From Eledone cirrhosa (Eukaryota): a stretch of 64,000 nt of DNA. The position numbers and the translations under genes were made by a program. Shown here piece by piece: positions 53,581 through 64,000 of the stretch; within the stretch, counting starts at the first letter, position 1; every line of letters begins with the position of its first letter. The stretch lies in contig OZ024747.1 of NCBI GenBank assembly GCA_964016885.1, forward strand, positions 46,314,001 to 46,378,000, given 5' to 3'. The notes under the pieces were generated by a model. That model was not told the DNA's origin, searched no databases, and saw only the letters and a program-made list of their open reading frames with translations.

Positions 53581-55167
53581 ACCATATTTAACCTCGGTGA
53601 GATTTGAACTCAGAACATAAAGCGCCGTAACAAACATCGCAGGAATTTGTATTCCACACTTTAAAAGTTCTGAAAATCATCTATTTTGTGAGTATTATAT
53701 TATGTTTCGTCCATAAAAAGGGTAGGACTATGATAACTTTTACTGAATTAGACTTATAACGAAAGTATACGTAACAATAAGTTTAATAATGGTTTATATA
53801 TTAATCATTAGACCTGCAATGACCATAAACCTTTGACGTGCGTATGGTTGTTTTTATCAATCAATATTTCACTGGTGATTATTTTTGTTGATCTGGAAAT
53901 GATGAAATATAAAATGTACCCCGGCAATATTTGAAGTAAGAATGTAAATGGAAACAATCAAATATTTAAATGTGTACTGACTGGAACATTACAGATTCTG
54001 ACAATTTCTTTTTGGTACAAACAGAAAGTTCATCCAAAAGAAACACTATAACGTAGTTTCGTGGGGAGGAGAGTGGGATATTATGGTTCCATCAGGAGTG
54101 TGAACGTTGTTATTTTCGGAGGGAAGGGACAATGAGGACCGAAACTTGTGGAGGGTGCGAGGAAAATATAACACGATTCATGGGTAGCTACATTTTTGAA
54201 ACACTGCCCCAACCTTTGTATTTATACTCGAACTGGAGATCTGGTATAAAAGCTTGCAACAGAATAAGCTTCGCTAAATGTCCCTATGGATAAGGTTATA
54301 GACTTAAACAATACGCTAGATTAAGTTTACCATCCAAGAACAGGTAAAGCCCACATGATGCTCCTCCGTACTATTTTCGTTTATTAAATTTTTGCTAACG
54401 TCTTATCTAATCTATTCTGGCTAAGCTTACACTTGCAAATAAGAAGAACCAGGGCCGCCCCTAGGAGCATTTGATTAGGTGTACTTCATATTTGTTTCGG
54501 TTGCTGAATACAATCAGGGATCGCCGCTTCTCCTGAAGGTCAATAGTTCTCTTCTAACTCGAGCGGGAGCGCCTTTCCATTGTCAATTTGCATTGGTCAT
54601 CTGCAAAGCCGCATTGTTCTCAGAACCACTACACCAGTCGTTAGATGCATGCAGCTTGAACTACTGCCACCATTGATTTGGCAGGCTTTCTTTTTTTTTT
54701 TTTCTTATGAGTTCTTCCGCCCTTTGTCAGGTATTGTTTTTTGTCTTGCAGGGTATCCAAAATCCCCCTCCTCCCCAAGTAAACTTGGTGGGGTCGCCGG
54801 TTTAGTCGCCGACGACCCGACCATGCAATAGGTTGTACTGGGTTATACGCTACAAGTAGTACTCAAGAGTGACCTGACATTTTTGCTTACAACAGTAAAT
54901 CCATGATTCCTGTAAAGGATTTATGTAAAGGATTTATGTTGAAGGTGCTTGCTGTGGGGTCAGAAGCAGAAGGACGTAAGGGCGTTAAACTAAGTGGTGA
55001 TGTCTACCACGCAAGAACATGTAAATTGTAATCCAATGTGCTTCTGTACTGCTCCCAATCTGCTCAATTATGCTTCAGCACTTGGGGTCGACGTGGGTTT
55101 GATATAGAAAATATAGAATTGAAATAGAAGCTTCACTGTAATGTTTTGAGTAAACAATATAGTCTAA

Positions 55168-55277
55168 TAATTGTTTCTACTTTTGGCACAAGGCCAGCAA
55201 TTACCCAGTACATTACTGGTACTTTATTTTATCGACCTGGTAAGGATGAAAGGCAAAGTTAACCTCGGCGGGATTTG
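55168..55277 (-). mobile_element. 5'-truncated SINE copy
   Basis: Reverse complement of the SINE core and tail. Confidence 0.88.
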
Positions 55278-55809
55278 GGGTGTATAAACCCATTTAGTGA
55301 AAATGTCAAGGCAAAGCTTCTATTTCTATTTCACTTACAAATTTCGTTGCGTTCCATACTTCTTTTATAAAATATATATTTTCAAGGTGCCATGCAGGTG
55401 AGCCACCATCAAAACCATATGATTAAAAATTGAAATTATTAACCATATACCCCGTTGTGTCCTATAGAGAGTGCAAGAGTCTGAAAACTGAAATCTATTC
55501 TTGAGTAGCTATAGTCTAAGTAAAGCAGACCAATTGACAGGGATAACGTGAAATAGTTTTGTTATTTAACATTGACAATTTATTAACTATTATTTTATCT
55601 TTCCAGTTTCATATTAGTTATCATTACTGCTAGACTTTATTGCCCCTTCCTTCCCCTTGAAATATATTGTTATATTTTCATAACATAAACAAAACAAAGA
55701 AATACTTTTGTTACTTTCGCCGCGTGTTTCAGTACATTTTCGTCATAATTCTATATTTGTCTATTTATTGTTTCTATCATTTAAATATCAATATTTATTA
55801 TGTACCTAT

Positions 55810-55846
<37 letters not shown>

Positions 55847-57319
55847 CCTCCTCACTATATATATAGTGAGAGAAATAATTTGTTTAATCGTCCATCCTCA
55901 TATATATACATATATATATATACACGTGTATATATACATATATACGTATATATATACGTATATATATATATATATTTATGCGTGTGTGTGTGTGTGTATG
56001 TATATTTGTATATATATATATATACATATATATATATCATCACAACCGTTTTACGCCCATTTTTTCACGCTAGCATGGGTTGTATTTATAAAACACACCC
56101 ATATATACATGTGTGTTTATATATATATATATATACACACACATACATGTATATATATGTGTGCGTTTATAAATAAATGTGTATCTGTGTATCTGTATGC
56201 ATTGATCCATTATTATTTATACAGTTATATGTTTATATTTTTCATTTACTGTGTTGTTTTTTCTTCAGCGTCCGTTAAGTTTTCGCTTTTGATTTCTCAT
56301 GATGATTTTTCTCCCCAACCCTTCTAATTTGTCTAATAAATCGGTTGTTGTTGTTGTTGTTCTTGGTAGTGTTTATTTTTTGCCTTTGTTGTCTGTTTAG
56401 TTATGTACTTTTTGCTGTGATTTTATTTTTATTATATTCTATATATATATTTTTGTATAATTAAATGCCATCCCTTTATTTTTTATGACTGATGACGGAC
56501 ATGACTTTAGAAAATTCATATTGTTTTTTTACATTTCTTTTGGTTATTTTCCTTTCTGTTAGCTTTCCTTTTTTATCTGTTGTTTTTTTTTTTGTGAGGT
56601 TTATTTCGTAGGCGGCATTGTTTTAGTTTTGATATCCTGGTTTCGTTTTCATCCAGTTATTATCCAACTATATATTTATAAACTCAACGAATTTATACCA
56701 CACACGCTCTTTCCTCCCAACCCCTAGCTGTTGAATATTTAGTAGCTGTTTAAACTCTATATAAATCAATCCAAACAATATACATACATACTTACTATAC
56801 ATACTTACATTCATACATACATAAATACATATATATATTTATACACAGACACACATACATATATATATGTGTGTGTGTGCGTGCGTATGTGTTTATATGT
56901 ATATATGTATATATAAAATCATAAACGATGATGTTTTCGCTAATTAGCTGGACAGTGAAAAAAAATTGATTCAAAGATTCATTTGATTATTGTCAAGCTT
57001 TACAATCGGACTTCCTTTGTGGCTTGCTGACCCGCCTGATAATAAATTTAGTTTTATTTCTGACAAAAACGTCCTAGGTGTATTTTATGTGTTTTTTATA
57101 TATATTTTTGTAATTGTCTCCCTTGTCTCCCCGTACATTCGTTCTGCTTTGATGTTAATTTTTGGAGTCACTACAGTTTATAGTTTCCACTTAAGAATTA
57201 ATTTTTGCCAACTTGTTTTTGTTTATTGATGGAATAACCTGTAGTATTAAAACCTCACTATTTAAGATACTTGGTGGTGACACTTCTGTTATATCAATTT
57301 TACTCTTGAATTTATCATC

Positions 57320-57351
<32 letters not shown>

Positions 57352-60124
57352 CGTGTGCGTGTGTGTGTGTGTGTGTGAATGTGTGTGTGTATGTCTATGT
57401 GTATGTGTGAGTGTGTGTGTATGTGTGTGTGTGTGTGTGTGTATGTTATGGATATACTGCTTACAAAATTTATAGTTTTTCGTAGTGACTTTCCCTATGT
57501 TTTTGTGTCACGTTCTGTTTCACCAAAGAAAATAGTTCTTTGAAGTTTTTCTTTTTTCAAACGTTCTAAATTGCACTCGTTTGAATATAATAAGGAGACT
57601 GCAATTGTCCGTTTGTTTGTTCACTATTTTAAATAAAGTCTTGTAGGTTCAAAACATGTGTAGACAGGTATAGAATTGATTACTCAATGGGTTGAATATA
57701 ATAGAACTCTGTCGGTTTCCACGATAAGTGTATCAATTTTGCGATTTACGGAGCAATTTGTTAGCAAAATTGTCGTGCAGTCGCTGAGCCTTTAATAGAC
57801 ACGTGTATCAGAAACACAATTCTCAGGAGGAATCAACCTGACACAATATGTGTCAAGACTGGCACTTTAAATTTCAGGTACAGTCAATACGAGAGGCTTC
57901 GAAACAGTTTGTCAACTCAATTTCAGGGATTGAACATGGATCGAACACAGGACCTTATGATCGCAATGCACACTTCTTAACTATTACCTTATGCTCAGTC
58001 CACCTTATCAAAGTGTAGCGAGTATAACATTTACCGTTAACTATATGTTGTCAGTTTAACCCACTGCTAGGTCAGTGGTTTGTACAACAACGCGATTAAC
58101 AATGGGTTGTATCCCTTATTAGTATCTCATCAGGCAGTCATAGCTGGTTTTTGAAATGGTTGAAAGGTTGAAGGATAGTGTAACTGTACTAAATTTGATT
58201 GTAGCTATAGATAAAACAAGCATTCTTCTACTAGTAAATAGCTCAGTTCCCTCAGCTGTAAATATATAACATCGGTTTATTCAGATTACCATCGTAATAT
58301 GTGGCAGCGAAAAATATCTGACCAGACTCTGTTAGTATATATAACTAAATTTTAGTTTGCCTCACACCAAGAGTGATAAATTCAAGTTACACTACATGTA
58401 GAATTAGACTTATGTGGTGCTGCTACGATTTCCAACCCATTTAGTCATTCACTTTATTCAAATGTTTATTGCAGACGGATTCAAAACACTATAGCTATTG
58501 ATAACTTGAATAGTCATTTCTTATGTTGTTATTGTTTTTAAAGTTAATTTCAAACAAATGAAAATTATGATTTTCTTAAATTGGCATAAAGCTGTATCAA
58601 ACGAAGTTCTTTTAATGTAAAACAATAGACACGACTATTAAAATTGGAATGAATAAAATAAAGATATATTTCAATATTTCAAATGAAGATACCAGTGAAG
58701 TAAACTGACAGATATGGAAAATCTCCAGACTAGATGTGATTTAGTTGAAGATCACCGAACTAAAAAAATTCAGTCTTTGATTGGTTCTTTGGCGGATTAA
58801 TTTTACATCCTACCGCAAGTAAAACGAACAGCAGTTGTGTCACGGGGGCTCTTAATAAATCTTTTACACTTTTCATTACAATATTTTTGCCTCGTGCTAA
58901 AATCAAAATAAAACAAAATATTTGAGTTACACTACCAGATTCTACATGGTTGCTTACTCACTAGAATTAGCAGTTACACCTCCGTCAAATCAAACTCCAG
59001 CATTTTAAATGGACGAGATGATCATATGGCTTTCATCATATGGCTTTCATCATTCGATCGAATCTAACTTGGGAATAAAAAAACTCGCATCAGCAGCAAT
59101 AGCATTAGCAACAGCAGCAACAACATTAGCAACAGCAGCAGTAACTGCAGCAACAGCAGCAGTAACAACAACCAAGATTTTAAATATAAAATGTTAACTA
59201 ATAGTTGCCACTTGATAAGAATGTTAGAATTGTAAAGGTTTGCGAATTCATTGCGTGAGGCTTATAACACCGAAATCTGATTACTCACAGACTTTTGCAA
59301 GTTACAACATTTCTTTGGCTTGATATTATAGATAATACGAAAGTTTCCTTTAGCACCATTGTTGTATTTGAGGAGAGAAAAAATGCCGCTGGTCTTAATC
59401 ATATCGGTTTATTCCAATGCCAATTCCACAAGAAACATTTCCTCGAACAACGATTGCAACAAAGCCATTATTTCTTTGTCGAAAGACTAACAAGATACAG
59501 ACGTTTATTGAGGAGTTATTGTTTGATCATTCGATACATACCCCCGAAACCGAATCAATATCGATGCCAAAACGAGAGGCAATTAGCGAATTAGACAAGT
59601 TTTCTGGAGTTAAGCATGGTGTAAGTTGGCTTCAAGGTATATGTGCAGTGTGTAAATGAATAGAAGGGAGAGAGGCAAATTAGGAATCATTAAATAAACG
59701 TCTGTTCTATAACACTTGTGTTGCATTTACATTGCTTTACATTGAATAACTAACTTTGAAAGTTCTCTAATTGCTTAATATTTCGAATCACATGTTTGCA
59801 AACCAATGGCAAATGTGTGATGATTTAAGCGCATTCCTTATACATGTTATATAAATAGACACTTCTTTAAAATGGTTGAGAGTTAATGACATATTGCAAA
59901 TAATTACCATATTAATTAATATCATTGTTCTATTTGTGAAGTTCCAACTCGGCTCTGATTGAACAGATGCATGGCACACTCCACCATAATCATTATGCTT
60001 TCGCTAATGGTATTAGTCGCAAGCAAACAGAGATACTCCTCGACCCCTTCTACATTTGAACCAGTGAAACATTTAGGATGTGACAACTAGAGGGAAAGGA
60101 AAAAAAGACTATGCACTAACAAAG

Positions 60125-60215
60125 AGTTGGTACTTTCCTAATCGACTCCGAAAGGATGAAAACAACCGTAGATCTCGATGGTATCTGAAGGTAGAACACA
60201 GAGATTGGAACAAAC
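60125..60215 (-). mobile_element. Degenerate SINE remnant
   Basis: tggtactttccctaatcgactccgaaaggatgaaa resembles the SINE core. Confidence 0.5.
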
Positions 60216-61824
60216 CCTTCTAAGTGATGCTGTAAGTGATGCGCTTTTTTGGCACGATCCACACATCAATTCCTCTCCGCATGTGAAAAGCGTGATTCTA
60301 TGCGACCAAGCTACATAATTTGACCACCATTCAAACCCTTACATCCCAGTTTTACTGTCGGCCAAATACATATCCAGGACTATTTTATAGAGTATATTTA
60401 TTCGTTTTTAAGACGGGGGAATGATTGCATAGAATCTACGTCATTTGTCCGATTAATATCATTGAATTCAAAAGGTTGAGGACTTTTGTGTAAGATATAA
60501 GTTCCCAGGATGCCAAAATTGCGCGTGATTTCAATATTCCGAGGAAGCAAGTGATATTTATCATTAAACGATATTTATCACTCGGGGAAATGCAAACAAA
60601 GCAATACCCCATCCCTTTCTTCATATAGTTGAATGCTTTTATTCCCTAGTGACATTTCAGTTCGGTGCAAATAAATCCACAATGTGGACCCGCTCTTTGG
60701 GATTCTCTACACTTCACCTATATATACATGTCAATATATATGATTAATATGTATATTGATTGATATATATATATGTGATATACAGAGAGTATCTATAGCA
60801 TATAGGATTTACGTGTATAATTGGAAAGATATACATTCTTTTGCTCTTCATCCCAATTTAAAGATGTCATACACGTATGTAACAAGTTCAGAGCTTATGT
60901 TCAAACTGCCTTATCAGCAAACTATTTCTTCATTACCAGATATTTTCCCAATATCTGAAAAAAGGATAAGTAAATGTGATGTCTATGTTAATAATTATAT
61001 GAAGCTGGTGGTGTCGATTGTGGAGACAGGCTATTTATGTGGTACTGCCATCGTTTCTCCTTCGATTTCTTAATAGGAGGATAGTGACCACTGTAGTAGT
61101 AATGGAAAAAGAAAAGTTAGGGGCACTCACGTCTCGTCCAGATCTCAGAATATATTGACAACTAATTTATGCCATCTAGTTAAAGGTATTTAATCTTTTT
61201 GGATGCAGTCAAGTATTTCTTTGTGTAGTTGCAACATCATTCTAAATGTAGAAGTATTTCCCCTGAGCTTTCGGAAATGCATAAACGTCAAATATTTCAT
61301 ATTTTTCATATAAAATACAGCAAAAAAGACAAGAAATTTGCTTTAATATTGAGCAATGAAAACTTTAAATTATTTTATTTTCTGCGTGACTAAATATAAT
61401 CATCGATATACATCAATACGTGATGTGTGGTTGATACAATTAATACATCATATTTGTTATAACTAGATTCATATTCTGCCAAGAAATCTGTCTGTGCCTA
61501 ACTATAGCAAACGTTACTTTTGGAAAATAATTAATTGTTTCTTTTGCTATTGTCGCTGAATTTGTCTCTGTTTTGTTTTTTCCTGGGTTTTTTTAGGTGG
61601 GCGATGAACAGTTTATTGTGTTTAAAAAGTGTGCCACTTTTATTAACAACAGTCTTGTGAGTTAGGAACAGCTATCTGTCTTAAATCCTGATCCTCTTTG
61701 ATTTCACCTACTTATGTTTTGGTTATGTAGTATTTCTAAAGTATTTGTCAATATTTCGTTGTTTTAATTTGTATCTTTTCATTGCCGAACTCATTAATGA
61801 CGGCTAGATCCCTTCTCTTTCTGT

Positions 61825-62422
61825 ATTTTCTACATGTTTTCTTTCTACATGTTTACGTTCTACATGTTTACTTTCTACATGGTCACGTTCTACATGGTCA
61901 CGTTCTACATTGTTTACTTTCTACATGTTTACTTTCTATATTGTTTACTTCTACATGTTTAATGTCTACACGTTTACTTTCTACATGTTTACTTTCTACA
62001 TTGTTTACTTTCTACATGTTTACTCCCTACGTGTTTACCTTCTATATTGTTTACTTTCTACATGTTTACTTTCTACATTGTTTACTTTCTACATTGTTTA
62101 TTTTCTACATTGTTTACTTTCTACATGTTTGCTAACTACAGGTTTACTTTTTACATGTTTACTTTCTACATTGTTTACTTTCTACATGTTTGCTAACTAC
62201 ATGTTTACTTTCTACATGTTTACTTTTTAATGTTTACTTTCTACATGTTTAATTCCCACATTGTTTACTTTCTACATTGTATACTTTCTGCATGTTTACT
62301 TTCTACATTTTTTACTTTCTACATGTTTACGTTCTACATGTTTACTTTCTACATGTTTACACTCTACATGTTTACTTTCTACGTGTTTTACTTTCTACAT
62401 TGTTTACATTCAACATTGTTTA
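61825..62422. repeat. 15/16-bp minisatellite (tgtttactttctaca[t])n
   Basis: Read directly from the sequence. Confidence 0.95.
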
Positions 62423-64000
62423 CTAGTTTCTCTATGAGAAATTTTGTGGATGCAATTTGTTTCCTTTCGAGATTGCTGTAGATATTGTATGTATTACTTT
62501 ACAATTAATAATTGATAGAAAAGTGGCGCAGAAACAAAATATTGAGATGATGAGGGTTTGGGTATAGTAAAAACCGTATCTTAGTCACAGTTTGTTAGGG
62601 TCTAATCCTAATGCTTATATAACTTCATTGTGAACTTGTTACCGACAGATGTCAATCACTCTGCTTTTATCTCAACATCAATCTCATTTACCTTTTAAAC
62701 ATAAAAAAAAACATGTTTGTTCTTTTTTATGATGATCTTGTCTGTATTTCATATATAACGACAGTACTGACCATCTCGACTTAAACACAGCAACTATCAA
62801 TCGTTAAATGCCATTTAATTGAACCGTGTCCGTTTAAATCAACGATCACGTCATTACAGATTTCAAAGTTAGTTTTATGTCGAGTAAATAACATACAAAG
62901 TATACAATGATTGTATAATGCTGCGTCAATGTCGGCTTCTTGACTCGAGCTCTTGTCTATTCCTAACATGTAATATGCAATGAAGATATACGTAGATATC
63001 TATCTCTCATTCATTGAAAAGATATACGTTCATACGTTCTCAATCATTGCAAATTAAGTACCCACGGTGACGTGGGGTTGTGAATTGTGACAGAGAATTC
63101 AAAAATTAATCGGGAATTTAACAAAGAGTTTGGTGATTTTATGAATTAAACTAACTTCACATTTTCTGTTTATAATGAAACAAGGAAAAGGGGAAGGATA
63201 GAATTACGATAAAATCTTTAATCGATGTTGTTGCCCCCCCCCCCCCACACACACACACACACACTCACACACTCACACTAGATTTTAATAGTGAAGAGGA
63301 AAGCAGAAAGAGAATCCAGATGATGGTTTGGATTTGAGGTTTTTTACATGCATACATGAATACATGCATACATACATACATACATACATACATACATACA
63401 TACATACATACATGATAATGGCTGCCCCATCGTTATCGTATCGAGTATGGCCATTGCACGATATACCATTATCAATAATTATCAATTAATGCTATCGTGC
63501 AATGCCTTGCGTGAAGATTTTTTTTTAAAGTGAGGAAAGACTGTGCACTGAGCCAATCCCACTCTCTGAGCGACAGTAGCTATAACCTGAAAAGAAGAAA
63601 AGATCAACATGATCGGTAACTACTGAGCTGCAGGTTTTATGTCGGTGTTATCCCAGTTTCCTGAGTTGGGAGAGATAAATATTGCTAAATATAGAGAGGG
63701 GGATTGGGAGAGACATTATGGTAAAAGATATAGAGGGGGGAATTTATGATGGATAGTGAGGGATCGATTACGAGAGAGTGCTGTAGAGATGGCGGGGAGA
63801 GAGTTTGGAGATGATTGATATAAAGAGGGGGATTAGCGGAGTGTTTTGCATGTTAGATATACTGAGGAGGAGAATTTGGTGGTCGTAGATATAGTAAAAA
63901 GTTCATGGGAGAGCGCCGTGTTGTAGACATAGAAATGGTACCAAATAATAGGAGGGGTAGGAATAACGGGTAGGGGCTTCAGAAATCGTTAATTGTATAT

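Noticed and set aside
56485-56520. atga-CTGATGA...GAAAAT-tcat hammerhead candidate
   Set aside because: Stem II does not pair and there is no room for stem III plus NUH.
58110-58145. Minus-strand actgcCTGATGAgat, matching the 5' side of the 20.4-kb hammerhead
   Set aside because: No stem II or GAAA follows; probably a chance match.
63680-63990. GA-rich loosely periodic segment
   Set aside because: It is too degenerate to define a unit and is cut by the window edge.

Overview
AT-rich, microsatellite-saturated eukaryotic genomic DNA with no confidently identifiable host gene. The SINE family and repeat landscape suggest a mollusc, probably an octopus (inference). Almost all ORFs in the track are translations of (TA)n/(CA)n/(GA)n/triplet repeats. 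Recognisable mobile DNA: many copies of a tRNA-derived SINE (one tandem triplet), a 5'-inverted RTE LINE with a 12-bp TSD, a CRE-type RLE fragment, Tx1/L1-like zf-RVT fragments, a Penelope-like RT fragment and two non-autonomous Helitrons. The main signal is a dense set of minimal type I hammerhead ribozyme (HHR) motifs (CUGANGA-stem II-GAAA-short stem III-NUH-stem I). They belong to at least six sequence families and show compensatory stem changes between copies. They lie in short non-coding elements embedded in (TA)n tracts, arranged either as foldback palindromes (0.07-4.2 kb, several centred on the ribozyme's own helices) or as LTR-like direct repeats with a ~528-nt period (retrozyme-like). 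A tRNA-cloverleaf head is joined to a tail that begins with an HHR cleavage-site-like motif. All folds were done by eye.
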